Assembly: GCA_964016885.1 (NCBI GenBank)
Contig: OZ024745.1
Span: forward strand, 81,220,001-81,284,000
DNA from: Eledone cirrhosa
Lineage: Eukaryota
Reading direction: 5' to 3'
Length of the DNA stretch: 64,000 nucleotides
Position 1 is the stretch's first letter; every line of letters begins with the position of its first letter. Shown here piece by piece: positions 38,701 through 52,277 of the stretch. Position numbers and translations under genes: made by a program. The notes beneath the pieces are model-generated. The model was not told the DNA's origin. It saw only the letters and a program-made list of their open reading frames with translations, and ran no database searches.

Positions 38701-39620
38701 AATCCACCTCGTCATTCTATAGAGGGCTGGTGGTTAGCAGGTGCGACGACGCCCTCAGAGAAGCCCTAGGCATGGAGGAAAACAAACTGGCCAACCTGTT
38801 CGGTAGGACATTCAGACCGGGACCTATGGATAACTACCAAAGGTCCCTGGCCTGGCAGTGCTACCGAGGGGCTCTGCCCGTTCGAGAAAGGCTTTACAGA
38901 CACGGGCGCCCGGGTAGGGACTCATCAAAAAAGATCTGTCCCAGATGCGTGTGCGACGAGGAAACCGTTGCACACGCATTGATACACTGCTCGGGCATTG
39001 CCGATCTGTGGGGCTATGTCGAACGACTGCTGTCACGGGTGGGACCGATCCGGTTGACCACCGAGTCTATTGTAACGGTCAAGCCGCCTCCCCTCTTCAA
39101 AAACGAAGGAGAGGCGGTGTTTTTGTGCGTAATAGCCATGGCGAAAGAGGTTGTGTGGTGGACGCGTCTGAAAGGACTGAGGTCAGACACCTTTCTCTCT
39201 GGCCAACAACTGGTCCGTTTCTTCCGATATCATTTCGGAAGAAGGATCAGGATGGAGAGAGAGGTGCTGCACCCCAGCCGTTTCTATGAAAGATGGGTGA
39301 AAGTGGCGAGAATGGCCCGTGTGAATGGGCCTTCACTCTACATCAGACTGTAGGTGAGAAAGATGAAAGATCAAGGGAGCACCCTCTCTCTGTGCTCCTA
39401 AGGAGAAGGGTTGCACACTTTTTAGAGGGTGTGTGCGACCCCCCAAGGCGCCTCCTCCCTATTGAGGATTTTGTTATTCAATTTATTTTTGTTATATTTT
39501 ATATTTTATATTTTTATATTTTGTTATTGCCTCCTCCTTAGTGAGGACGCCTTTTTATGTAAACTCCCCCCATTGTACTTGTCCCACTCTTTGATGCCCT
39601 GGTGGCAAATAAAAAGAAAG
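35746..39620 (+). mobile_element. Tx1/L1-clade LINE, young; ORF2 35934-39353 (APE-RT-Zn finger) with two in-frame stops
   Basis: LNAHGL, VGDWN, SYLDRF, YSDHK, GPGYWKLN, KSPGFDGLPYE, FRPI.LLN, LDQSKAFDRVDH, IRQGCPLS, AYADD, GGLGMP, CPRC..ETVAHAL..C. The three listed ORFs share one frame. TSD TATATTTATTT at 35735-35745 and 39622-39632. GC-rich. Confidence 0.95.
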
Positions 39621-39779
39621 TTATATTTATTTATACCAATAGACTATTTTCTGCATCTGTGATTCCTACATTTTCTAAGAATTTCAAATCTACCCAACGT
39701 TCCGATAGTTTATTTTCAAAATGTATACATCCATGCTTATATATACATAACAGTAGTCGTTCTTTAGGATACAATGAAC

Positions 39780-40320
39780 CCTCCCAGCATCGAGGCTGAC
39801 CCGTGGCACCCCATTCCCTACGCCAATCGAGGTTGGGACTTATAATTCCTAAACTGCCACCTTCTGTGTTGTTTCTTCACATGAGAGTGAGGCTGAAGTG
39901 GCATCTCGAGGGCGCAAGCCTGAGCTTAAAGTATGGAAATTCTGGTTTACCCAGTCGTCAGGATTCTCCTTTCGGCCTTACTGGTGAGGGTCCAAAGGAA
40001 TGCATAGCATGACATTTGGCACCAGCTTGGCTGCAGGAGCTGCCAAAGCAGTGTCTGCAAGACACTAGTCCGTCTTTGGGGCTCCACTCTTGATTTATAA
40101 GGTTTACTCCTTTACACATAGCCGTTGAGTCAAACATGGACTTCTACCGCCCTGGCCATTGGCTGTCATGTGCAGCTCCTCTGCCCAGTGGTGCAGTGTA
40201 AACACCACTCCTTCACATGGTTTAGCTTGCCAGCTGAAGCAGTGTACCAGGGTGTGGCTCTAGGAACCAATACATGAGAAATTTAGGAGCTGAACTTATT
40301 TTGCCTGTCCATTCCCCCAA
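39780..40320 (-). mobile_element. RTE-type 5'UTR remnant
   Basis: Minus strand has ccaatggcc, ggagtaaacc, gcagctcctgcagccaagctggtgccaaa, ctttggacc, ctgacgactggg, recalled as RTE/BovB-type leader motifs. Confidence 0.5.
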
Positions 40321-41270
40321 CTAGGTGGAGTGCAGCTGCCAAAAACAGTGAGGTAGGTATCAACGACCGCGTTTCTGACTGTTTTTTTCTTCTTCTCTCG
40401 ATACGAATCAAAATTATTGACCCATAAGAGTCAGGTATATCACCATACAATCTTGCTGGGGGCAGCATAAGACGAAATAATGAATAAAGGTGTGAAGATA
40501 AGATTAAAAAAAAAAAATAACGACAGGATACAGAAAACTAAATAGAAGAATCTAACTGAAAACCGACATTTTAATTTGAAAAAATGAGACAGATTTGATG
40601 AAAAATATACGTTTCTCAAATACTCAAATGTAAACAATTTGTAATATCAGCCGATAAAAGTATTTTAACATCGAGACACATTATGCTTATTTGTCTATAG
40701 ATTGATTGTTAGACAGAAGTTGCAATGCTATTCCAAAATCGAACTTCGAAATTATGTTCGTATGTATGTAGATAGCGATATAACGATTTATGAAAATTGT
40801 GCAATATGTCTAGAACCATATACGTCTACGTTCATGAATGTAAAATATAAAAAATATAGAAATTTAAAAAATGCCTTGACGACAGATAAGAATGAATACT
40901 AACGTAATGTACATGTGCTTAAAAAAAAAAAAAAAAAAATTTTTTCTTTCCATCCTCTTCTCACTCTATCTTTTTATTTCATGTTTTATTTCTCACGAAG
41001 GACTAGTGACTAAAACGTAATGACTCTTTTCCTATCGTATCAAGCGTTAAACTAATATATTTTTTCATCGTATTGTGTTGTTTGCCTTGTTGTTTCCGTT
41101 TACCTTTTGCATATATATATATATAATTTTTTTTCGCTCTACATACAAGAGAAAGAATGAGGGGCTCATTCTACTGACATGGCTTTAAAAATGAGGCTTG
41201 TTTGCATAATTGCAAACAAATCGAATATTATTATTAATATTCGAAAAACTCAGATTATATATATATATAT

Positions 41271-41481
41271 TATTAGAAATGTAAGCTATCGCCGTATTTT
41301 GACTAAAGAAATTAAAGAAATTATTTAGCCTGATAGTGGGCTTAAGAACCCTCGGAGAAATGGAAAAAGATGAGTATTGACGTACATGGGAGTTGACTCC
41401 CATGTACGTCAATACTCATCTTTTTCCATTTCTCCGAGGGTTCTTAACCCCACTATCAGGCGATAGCTTACATTTCTAATA
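41271..41481. repeat. near-perfect hairpin (66-bp inner arms, 2-nt loop, 23-bp outer arms)
   Basis: 41328-41393 vs 41396-41461 with one mismatch; 41271-41293 vs 41459-41481. Confidence 0.95.
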
Positions 41482-41514
41482 ATTTCAAACCAACTCGCTG
41501 TTTCGAAAAAATAT

Positions 41515-41630
<116 letters not shown>

Positions 41631-41636
41631 AGGGAG

Positions 41637-41845
41637 TGTAACGTGAAGTTACTGTAGGTTCACCCAGGTGAGCACTCGATGCTTAGATTCACGTCTGTAG
41701 CGTGGTGTAGAACGAAACAGAGTGTAAATATAAGAATACAAGGACGATTTGTTGTGCCTTCATTACGTTTATTGATCAGCTCAAGGTTCGATCTGTATCG
41801 ATCTGGCCCGACTCTGGAATCAAAAGCTCGTCGGACCTCTGCTAT
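41637..41845 (-). mobile_element. possible LTR fragment (R-U5)
   Basis: Minus strand has AATAAA and ends GTTACA; CpG-rich island among microsatellites; the other end is not seen. Confidence 0.3.
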
Positions 41846-41931
41846 ATGTATATATATATGTGTATATATATATGTATATACACACACATATATATAGACA
41901 CACACACACACATATATATATATACACACAC

Positions 41932-41980
<49 letters not shown>

Positions 41981-41984
41981 TATA

Positions 41985-42336
41985 TCATCATCATCATCAT
42001 CATCATCATTTCATTTTACGTCCGCTTTTTCCTTGCTTGCAAGGGTGGGACGGGAACTGATTTTGGCTAGGTTTCTACAGCTGGATGCCTTTCCTAACAC
42101 CAACCTCATTTACAGTGAGTGCTGGGTGCTTTTTTGAGTGGCACCTGCACGACCACTTTGCAGTGGAATGATAGGGACCCCAGTCCCTATCATCTCATTT
42201 CTTCAGCTGAGTAAACTGGAGCAATGTGAAATAAAGTGTCTTGCTCAAGGAAACAACACATCTCCCGGTCTGAGAATTGAACTCACAACCCTTCGATTGC
42301 AAAGCCAATGCTCTAACCACTAAGCCATGTGCCTCC
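41985..42336 (-). mobile_element. SINE family A
   Basis: Near-identical to 6641-6974 in reverse. Confidence 0.9.
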
Positions 42337-42486
42337 ATATATATATACTCATATATATATATATATACACACATATATATATACATACACATATATATAC
42401 ATACACACATATATATATACATACACACATATATATATATACATACACACACATATATATATACATCCACACATATATATATATAC

Positions 42487-45400
42487 ATCATCATCATCAT
42501 CATGGCTTGGCTTCGCGGACGAAGATTAGGAAGGTTGTCCACGTCGTCTGCAGGCACGCTCATGACTGACAAGTCCGATGCGGGAAAGGCAGGTCCATGA
42601 GCAGTGTCCACAGATGAAGGTAACGTCCGGTGTGGTGTCAGAGGCGGCTCGGGCCTTCCTTCTGCGTCTCTTGTCTTTTTGCGCGTCTCTTCTGTCTTCC
42701 TCAAACTCGCTGACCGCGTTGAAGATCGTGTGGCACCAGGCATCACGGTCCGCAGCCAGGTCTGACCAGCATTGGTGGTCAACATGACATGCGCTGAGAG
42801 ACTTTTTGAGACAGTCTTTGTAGCGTTTCTTCGGGGCTCCTCTCTCTCGGTGGCCGGTGGAGAGTTCGCCAAACAGGGCAATATTAGGAAGGCGATGGTT
42901 CTCCATTCTGGAGACATGCCCTGCCCATCAGAGGTGGTACTTCAGTAGCATGGCTTCAATGCTGGGGATCTCGGCCTGCTCCAGAACCTCAATGTTTGTG
43001 ACGAAGTCACTCCAGCGATGTTGAGGATGGGGCAGAGACATCGCTAGTGGAAGCGCTCGAGGAGACGGATGAGACTGCGGTAGGTGACCCAGGCCTCCGA
43101 GCCGTAGAAGAGAGTGGTGAGAACCACGGCCCCGTAGACGCTGATCCTTGTCTTGTTCTTCAAGTTTTTGTTGTGCCAAACACGTTTGTACAATCTTTCA
43201 AAGGAGCTTTTTGCCTTAGAGAGTCTGTTGTCAATTTCTTTGTCGATCTTTGCATCGGATGAGATGATGCAGCCCAGGTATGTGAACTGCTGTGTTGATT
43301 TCAGTTCGGTATCGCAGATAGTGATGTAGGGTGGGCGGTATTCCTTTTTTGGCGGGGGGGGGGGGCAGGCTGGTGAAGAACCTCCGTCTTCTTGAGGCTA
43401 ACCTCCAGGCCAAAGAGCCGTGAGGCGTCCGCAAAGCAGGACGTGATGCGCTGCAGAACTCGCTCTGTGTGGGCGACGAGGGCAGCCTCGTCTGCGAAGA
43501 GAAGGTCTCGGATCAGCCTCTCCTGGGTCTTGGTATGGGCTTGGAGGCGCCGTAGATTGAAGAGGCTGCCATCCATACGGTACCTGACATACACCCCATC
43601 CCCATCATCCAGATCCTCAGTTGCATGCTTGAGCATCATGCTGAAGAAGATGCTGAAGAGAGTCGGTGCCAGGACACAACCCTGCTTCACGCTGTTGGAG
43701 ATGGGGAAGGGCACCGACAGGTCACCGTTGAGTCTGATCTGGCCGCGCTGGTTCTCGTGCAGCTGGATCACCATCTGTAGAAACTTGGTGGGACAGCCAA
43801 GTCGTTCCAGGATGAGCCATAGTCCTGTCCTGCTCACTCTGTCAAATGCTTTTGTGAGGTCGACAAAAGCAGCATAGAGTCCCTTGTTTTGTTCTCGGCA
43901 CTTCTCCTGGAATTGGCGGAGGACGAACACCATGTCGGTCGTGCCTCTGTTGGCTCTGAAGCCACACTGGCTCTCGGAGAGGTTATCTTCAGCGATGGTT
44001 GGTACGAGCCTGTTGAGCAGGATCCTGGCAAGTACTTTGCCAGCGATGGAGAGTAGGGTGATTCCCCGGTAGTTGGAGGAGTCAGACTTTTCACCCTTGT
44101 TCTTGTACAGAGTTATGATGACGGCGTCGCGATGATCCTGTGGCAGCTTACCCTGCTCCCAACAGCAGACAAGAAAATCGTGTAGCTTATCGTGGAGCGT
44201 CGGACCTCCATTCTTCCAGATTTCTGGTGCGATGCTGTCAACTCCTGCTGCTTTGCAACTCTTGAGTTGTTCTATGGCTTCAGTCGTCTCTTCGAGGGTA
44301 GGTGGTTCGTCGAGCTCCTCTTTGAGTGGAAGTTGAGGAACGCGATGGATGGCAGCGTCCTGTACGGTGCGGTCAGCACTGAAGAGGCTTTGGAAGTGCT
44401 CGGACCAGCGAGCGAGGATGGAGGTGTTATCAGTGAGGAGGTCCTCTCCATCTGAACTGCGCAGGGGACTCTGGACCTGGTGGGTGGGGCCATACACTGC
44501 TTTCAGAGCTTCATAGAAGCCCCTATAGTCTCCGAGGTCAGCGCACAGCTGGGTTCTCCACGCCAGGTGGTCCCACCACTCGTTCTGTATTTCTCTCACT
44601 TTGCGCTGTAGGGTGCTGCATGCGCGTCGAAAGGTATCTTTCTTTACAGGACAGGTTGATTGTGCAAGGTGGGCCTGATGAACTGCTCTCTTCTTTGCTA
44701 GTAAGTCCTGGATCTCCTTGTCATTTTCATCAAACCAGTCCTTGTTTTTTTTTTGTATGCCCAAGAACTTCCTCAGATGTCTTAAGGATGGCTGATTTCA
44801 GGCTCTCCCACAAGGTGTCTGGGGTGGGTCATCAGTGCAAGGGGATTCGTCTAGTTTTTGCTGCAGCTCTGCTTGGAACTTGGCTTTCACTTCCTCCCGG
44901 CACAGGCTGCCGACGTTGAGTTTCTTTACGGGGTTACCTTTCTTCTTGGGTTTGGGTTTGAACTGCAGTTTGAGCTTGCAGCGGACGAGGCGATGTGGCA
45001 CTCTGCACTGGGCATTACTCTCGTGTGTAGAACATCTTTCAGGTCCCGTTGGCGCACAAGCACATAGTCAAGTAGATGCCAATGTTTGGACCGAGAATGC
45101 ATCCAAGTTGTTTGCAGGCGGTCTTTCTGTTGGAAGATTGTGTTGGTAATGGCAAGTTGGTGCTCTGTGCCGAACTCGAGCAGGAGACGCCCGTTGTCGT
45201 TACAGCCACCAACGCCGTGTCTTCTAAGGACTCCTTTCCAGGCCTCAGAGTCCCTCCCAACTCTTGCGTTGAAGTCACCAAGGATCAGGACCTTGTCGTC
45301 TGCAGGGGTGTTGTTCAAGAGTCTGCGCAGATTAGAATAGAAACTGTTTTTGTCCGCAGGATCTGCCAGTAGCGTTGGAGCATAGACACTGAAGAGCGTG

Positions 45401-46275
45401 AGATATTGTTTGCTCTCCAGTGGTAGGTGCATGGATATGATGCGGTCCGAGTGGCCCGTACATAACGTTTCCAGATTGGAGGCGATGGAATTCCTCTCCA
45501 TGAGTCCTACACCCGACATGCGTCTTCCAGATGATGGTTTCCCGGACCAGAAAAGGGTGTAGCCAGCGCCGCGTTCTTTGAGGCTGCCCTCGTCAGCGAA
45601 GCGGACCTCGCTGAGAGCTGCTATGTCGATGTTGAGGCGGGAGAGTTCATGGGCTATGAGAGCTGAATGACGTTCCGGGCGGCTGCTGTCAGCCTTGTCA
45701 AGCATAGTCTTGACATTCCAGCAGGCAACTTTCAAGTCCTGCTTACTTTTCTTTAGTTTTGTTTCCATGTTTGTTCATTTGACCGCTCTGAAGATGCCTG
45801 TTGACCACGGCTAGCCAACTGGGTATAGAGGAGACAAGCTTTGTTTAGGCGAACCTTTTCTACCGCCCCTCTCCATGTGGAGCAGGCAGTGCTCACCCTA
45901 GATAGGGCTGCCTGGTTGCTCAGGATGCTGCCGAGTGGTGTCGTCGCCTCCGGGTCGACAACCAGGCGACCAAAGTCTTGAGCCGCCTACATGTAGGATC
46001 GAGACAACGGCTTCCAGTGACATCTTCCACCTGCCGCTTTCGCCCCTTTCCCATCACTGCAGGGCTTTTGGAATGGTTGGTCACAGAACGTGGACGTGTC
46101 CTTCGGCTTGCGCTGAGGAGTTTTAAGGTGAAGTGCAGTGCGCGCAAACTGGCCCCACCCTTTAAGCACGAGGTTCATCTGCCATGGCCTAGCGAGCTGG
46201 GACGGTGACAGCGAGGTCCTCGGGGCGTAGGTTTGATGTCGGAGTTTCCCTCTCCAGAAGGCGTAATACTACCCA
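42487..46275 (-). mobile_element. near full-length RTE (BovB-like) LINE with frameshifts
   Basis: ACWNVKTM, IAALSEVR, GYTLFWSG, VYAPT, LGDFNARVG, HLLDYVL, NYRGITLLS, ESQCGFR, FVDLTKAFD, VKQGCVLAP, LFADE, C-terminal C2H2 (CGHCSWTC.SRIGLVSHERAC); (TGA)n tail. Confidence 0.95.
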
Positions 46276-46354
46276 TATATATTTATATACATACACACAT
46301 ATATATATGCATACACACATATATATGTACATATACATATATATGTACATATAT

Positions 46355-46632
46355 AGAGAGTGGGACTGGCTTTGTGCAGTGCCTTTGCTCACTATAAAAG
46401 CTTCACGGCACAGGCATTGCTTTATATCTTGAGATCTCTCTGCACTTGTCGTCACATGGTACCATGGGCCCAACACTATGTGTCAATAGTTGTCACAAGT
46501 GTAGTGTTTGTACCAGAGTTTTCAAGTCGCTGGCTGGACTAAAAAGTCACACTCGTTCAGCGCATCGGTAGGGGTTCTCCTACATGGATATAAAGTAGTG
46601 GTCGTACTCGAAAACGAGTTGGCAGCCACCAT
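46355..46632 (+). mobile_element. 3' end of a non-autonomous RTE derivative (C2H2 remnant)
   Basis: [25 protein letters not shown], then ctcg-aaaa-cgag stem-loop; near-identical to 61671-61934. Confidence 0.75.
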
Positions 46633-46638
46633 ATGTAC

Positions 46639-46741
<103 letters not shown>

Positions 46742-46764
46742 CACACATATATATATATATACAT

Positions 46765-46813
<49 letters not shown>

Positions 46814-47087
46814 AATATATACATAAAAATGTGCGAAGAATTATAATTATCATTATAATTATCATCATCTATCAAAGAACAACATCAAAACCTCTTATAT
46901 TTACATTCTTATTTTATATATATCTATTTTTCACTCTCTATCTTTATATTTCTCTCCCTAAATTTATTTCATCTCTGTCATTTTATTTTATCATATAATT
47001 TAACTTAAAACTAATTAATTAATAACTCATACTGAAACCCTGTAATTAACAAGCTCAAAGTATAAATACTGAGCATTATTAACTGGA

Positions 47088-47170
47088 TTGGCGGTGGATT
47101 GGCAGTATCGGTAGAGTGTCGGACGCCATGCTTTCCAGCATAGTTACGTCCCTTTACGATCTGAGTTCAA
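47088..47170 (+). mobile_element. Nin-SINE head, cut at the B-box
   Basis: ggcggtggattggcagtatcggtagag...ctgagttcaa, followed by unrelated sequence. Confidence 0.8.
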
Positions 47171-47786
47171 ATGAGCAACGATGGTTGCTAGACACTGTAC
47201 GGCTTAATTCGGGATGTTTGTTTACAAACACACCGAACATTATAATAAATGTTCGGTGAATCCATACGTACATATATATATGTGTGCATGTATGTATGTA
47301 TATATATATACATACTACTGTACGTCTGTATACATATATGTATGTACGTATACATACTTATATTTAAGTAACAGCCGTACTAAGAGTGGGAAATGAAATT
47401 TCGTTTCATTTTTTTCCGTTTATCGTTTTCGGTACCCCGGCCGATTAACTCACTCAATATGCAAATTAGGCTGCTCAGCCGTTAATATGCATAAGGAAAG
47501 TATATACTTTAAGACGTTCAATCATCTGGCAGGAAGGTATACGTTGCTGACGATAGCTAATAAGCTTGAAACTAGTACAGCGTTCCTTTGTCAGGGTTGA
47601 ACAAATGAGCAACGATGGTTGCTAGACACTGTACGGCTTAATTTGGGATGTTTGTTTACAAATACACCGAGCATTATAATAAATGTTCGGTGAATCCATA
47701 CGTACATATATATATGTGTGCATGTATGTATATATATATACATACTACTGTACGTCTGTATACATATATGTATGTACGTATACATA

Positions 47787-47793
<7 letters not shown>
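47168..47793 (+). mobile_element. retrozyme-like element: ~434-bp unit in ~1.45 tandem copies
   Basis: Direct repeats 47168-47363 and 47602-47793 flank a unique segment containing an intact hammerhead; many internal hairpins; no credible ORF. Confidence 0.7.
47541..47583 (+). ncRNA. type I minimal hammerhead ribozyme
   Basis: ACGTTG-CTGACGA-T-AGCT-AATA-AGCT-T-GAAA-CTAG-TA-CAGCGT. 6-bp stem I, full core, palindromic stem III ACTAGT, predicted cleavage after GTA (A47577). Confidence 0.88.
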
Positions 47794-47858
<65 letters not shown>

Positions 47859-48117
47859 CATAGATATGTATATACATATACATAGATATATATATATACA
47901 TATACATAGATATATATACATAGATATATATATACATATACATATACATAGATATATATATACATATACATAGATATATATATACATATACATAGATATA
48001 TATATATACATATACATAGATATATATTTACATAGATATATATATACATATACATAGATATATATATACATAGATATATATATATATATATATATACATA
48101 TACATACATATACATAG

Positions 48118-48148
<31 letters not shown>

Positions 48149-48149
48149 C

Positions 48150-48254
<105 letters not shown>

Positions 48255-48267
48255 GATATATATATAC

Positions 48268-51200
48268 ATCATCATCATCGTTTAACGTCCATCTTCCACG
48301 CTTGCATGGGTTTGGACGGGAATTTTCCCACTTGAGGCAAGATTGGTTGTCTTGCTCATATAGGACAGTCTGGCGGGTTTTCTATGGCTGGAAGCCGTAG
48401 AAAACACCAACCACGTTTACAGTGTGGACTGGGAGGTTTTTACCGTGTTACCTACACGGCCACATTACAGCGTGGACTGTGTGTTTTTTTGTTGTGACAC
48501 CTACACGACCTCATTTATTTCGGACTGGATGTTGTGGTACCAACATAACTTCACATTTAAGGGGGTGGTGTGGATGGGGTGGGGTAGTGGGACGCGGGTG
48601 TATTTTTGTTAAGAGGTGCCTACTGACTGTAGGTTTTGCTTTGTACTTAGGCAAGGCGAGTCTTCTGTATGACTGTGTAGCGCCAAAGATCTCGGTCCAG
48701 TGACATTGTCTTGGAGAGGTGTAAGTGTGTGAGGTCGGAATTTATCAAGTCGTCCCAGGTTTTTCTGGGTCTGCCTACTCCGTGGCTACCGTCTATTCTT
48801 ATCGCCCTGCACCTTTTTATACAGCTGTCGTCTTTCATACCAACGTAGTCTTCTCTCGAGTAAACAACATCCGATCCCTCTTATTCCTAATTTCTCCCTT
48901 AGTTCATCTATGCTTTGCCGTTCACGTATATTACTATTACACATCCAATGGAGCATGCAAGCTTCGTTCCTCTCCAGTCTGCGTATATCCTCTGCACACA
49001 ATGCTCAAGTCTTACTGCCATGTAACATTGATGTTCGTATGCAGGCATCATACAGCCTGCCTTTCATTTTTAGAGAGAACCCTTTAGCGACCAATAGTGG
49101 TATAAGCTCTCTGAACTTTTTCCATCCCGCTCTGACTCTAGCTACTGTACTTTCAGAGCACCCTCCACCACTGCTGATTTTGTCACCCAGGTAACGGAAG
49201 CTGTCCACTATTTCTATAGAACCATCTGTGCAATTGAAAGAGCTAGTATTCTGTGGGCACTTGCTGCTATTTATTGCACCTGATCACCGGCCACATATAA
49301 AATCTATATTCTTAGTTAGCTTACCTGTGATCCCACTACATCTTTTATGCACCCATACTTTGCATTTGGGACATAAAATGGAGTTTCTGCCTACTTCTTT
49401 CCTACACACTGAGCATGGCCATTTCCCAGATGGGACCAGTGCCCTATTTTCCTTCTTACAAACTAGAACTTTAGTCTTAGACAGGTTAATTTTAAGGCCT
49501 TTTGATTCTAGGCCATGCTTCCATGTTTGGAATTTCTTCTCTAGTTCAGCCATTGATTCAGCTATGAGCGTTAGATCATCTGCGTATAGGAGGTCCCATG
49601 GAACACCAACTTTTACGCTAAACTCTTCACTATATTCGTTGTTAATTCTAAACTTGCTGACTGTTTCTTTATACATGGCTTGTATAGCTCTCACAAGCCA
49701 TTCATCAACACCTAGTTTTCTGAGAGCCCACCAGATAATGGGGCGTGGGACTCTGTCAAAGGCTTTCTCCAAGTTAACAAAAGCTAAGTATAGGGGTTTA
49801 CTTTTAGCTAGGTACTTCTCCTGTAGTTGTCGTACAATGAAAAGAGCGTCTGTGGTACTTTTACCTGACACAAACCCGAACTGCATTTCATCTAGATCAA
49901 TTCGCTCTATGATTAGTTGCGCTATTACTTTTTCTGTGACCTTCATGACCTGGTCAATTAATTTAATGCCTCTATAGTTTCCCCTATCTAGGGCATCTCC
50001 TTTACACTTGTAGCAGTTAATGATGATGCTGCTACGCCAGTCCTTCGGAACGACTCCATTCTGTATGACTTGGTTTACTATCCGGGTGAACATAGTGTGT
50101 CCCACCGTTCCAGATGCTTTCAGCATTTCAGCAACTATTTCCGAAGGCCCAGCCGCCTTGCCTGTCTTCATATCTTTGATCGCCTTACTTATTATACTAC
50201 CTTCAACTTGCACTGCTGGTCCCTCTATTGGATCGATGTGGGAGAGTCTGACTTTCTCCCATTTATTCTTCTCATTTAGTAGCCTTCCAAGCTACCTTCT
50301 TATCAGCGTCAGTGATGGCAAGTACACCATCATCATTAAGGACACACTTCTCCCCGACAATATCACGGTTTTCCTTGACATATTGCCTAGCAATCCTGAA
50401 CACCTCACGTTTTTGGTCCTCGCGTTGTAGAACATGCTTGAACTTTCTTTCCTCTGCTTCCTTTCTTGCGAAGTACACTTGTCTCCTAGCTTCCCTCCTG
50501 GCCACTTGATAGTCTTCTCAACTTCCCCCATCCCGCCATGCTTTCCAAGCCTGCTTTTTGGCCTTGATTGACTCCTCCACCTTACTGTTCCACCACCATG
50601 TTACTCTCCTCCTGCCTATAGGTCTGCTCCAGCCACAGATTTCATCTGTCGCCTTCAGCAGGTTAGCTTTCAGGAATTCCGACTGTTCCTCTATATTGTA
50701 CGACTCTAATTGCTCTTCCTTACTATCAAAAGCATCAAGTAATATGCTTTTAAATTTATTACTGGCTGTGGGGTCCTTTAGCTTCCATATTTTTCTCCCG
50801 AGGATAGTCCTCCTCTGTTGCCGAGTACGTCTCGTCCTGACTATGAGGTCGCTAATTATGAGTCTATGTTGAGAGGTGCATTCTTCATGGGGAAGGGATT
50901 TAGTGTTTAGAACAGACACTCTATCACGTCTTCTGGTAAGGATATAATCTATCTGGCTGGTGTGTTCCCCTGATCTATAGGTGATCAAGTGATTGTCTCG
51001 TTTTTTGAAGTTAGTGTTACAGATAGTTAGGTTATTTGTGTCACAGAATTCCAGGATTCTTGAGCCTTCCTCATTTCTAGTACCAAACCCATAGCCTCCA
51101 TGAATTCCGTCATAGCCGTCACAATGTTGTCCAACGTGACCATTTAGGTCGCCAGCGATAATTATGTAGTCACTGTCGGTTATTTGGAAGGTAGTGAACA

Positions 51201-52095
51201 TTAACGACTCATAGAATCTGTCTTTTATAGCGCCAGGCAGTCTGGATTGGGGTGCATATGCAGATATTATTGTCACAGTAGTTCTATTGAGGACAAGTCT
51301 TATTTTAATTATTCTGTCGTTCACTCTATTTACGTCTATTATCTTATCTGCCCACTTTTCTGCTACCATGATTCCTACTCCACCGAGCCCATGGTCTCTT
51401 AAATACAGCAAACATCGACCTCCTTACGTCCAAGCATTTCTACAACCTCGTTAGAGCGACCTTTTAAGGTGCCTACATTCATGGTACCAACTCTGAAGTT
51501 TGGGATTGCGTTTGGAGGGTGGGAACGGTGGGCGCAGGGTGGGTGGGTGGGTGAGGCAGATGGCGTTATGTTAGCCATCCGCGGCCGAAATAAAGAGGAG
51601 GAGTCCTTGCATTCTCGTCCGGCAGCATGAGGTGAATTTGTCTTTATCTTTGGCATTGTTACTGAGTGTCCAGATTTTTTTCTTTTCAAACTCTCCAGAA
51701 TTCCGTAGTCCATTCATCATATCGAAAGGCAACCAGGTCTAAACTTAAGAAGTGATAGCATAGGCGGCTGACTTATGATTTGTCCATGTAATAATGGTGG
51801 TGAGTGGGGGCGGGTGGGAGGGATATGGGGTAGTTAGCGAGAAGGTTTAAATAAAATCCTCGAATTTTGGGCATAATTGAACAAGCATATATAACAGTAA
51901 TAAGAGAAGAATTATGGGAATTTAAAAATACAAGAAGATTGTTTTGAACAATCAGACAGAATTATCGAATAGCCTTGATAAAGCAAAGATTGGATTCTGG
52001 ACGAAATGATAGATAGATGAATGGTCCGGGGAAAAAATGGAGAGAAGAGTAAAGAAAATAGCATTTGTACGTTACATTTCGCCGAGCGAGCAGCC
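48268..52095 (-). mobile_element. near full-length RTE LINE (PHD-like finger family), decayed
   Basis: VGTMNVGTL, ISAYAPQ, AGDLNGHVG, SQIDYIL, NYRGIKL, LEKAFDRVP, LLYADDL, WPCSVC...CPKC..WVHKRC...C; (TGA)n tail at 48268. Confidence 0.92.
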
Positions 52096-52154
52096 TAGCC
52101 TGATATATACATGTATATATGTGTGTGTATGTATGTATTTATATATATGCGACT

Positions 52155-52246
52155 ACAATAACAGCAACAGCACCATTGTCTGCAGCATCAGTGAAATGAA
52201 GAACAACAACAACGGCAACAACAACAACAACAACAGCAACTACAAT

Positions 52247-52277
<31 letters not shown>

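Noticed and set aside
47459-47467. Octamer ATGCAAAT as an NDNF regulatory site
   Set aside because: Single short match inside the retrozyme-like repeat; expected by chance.
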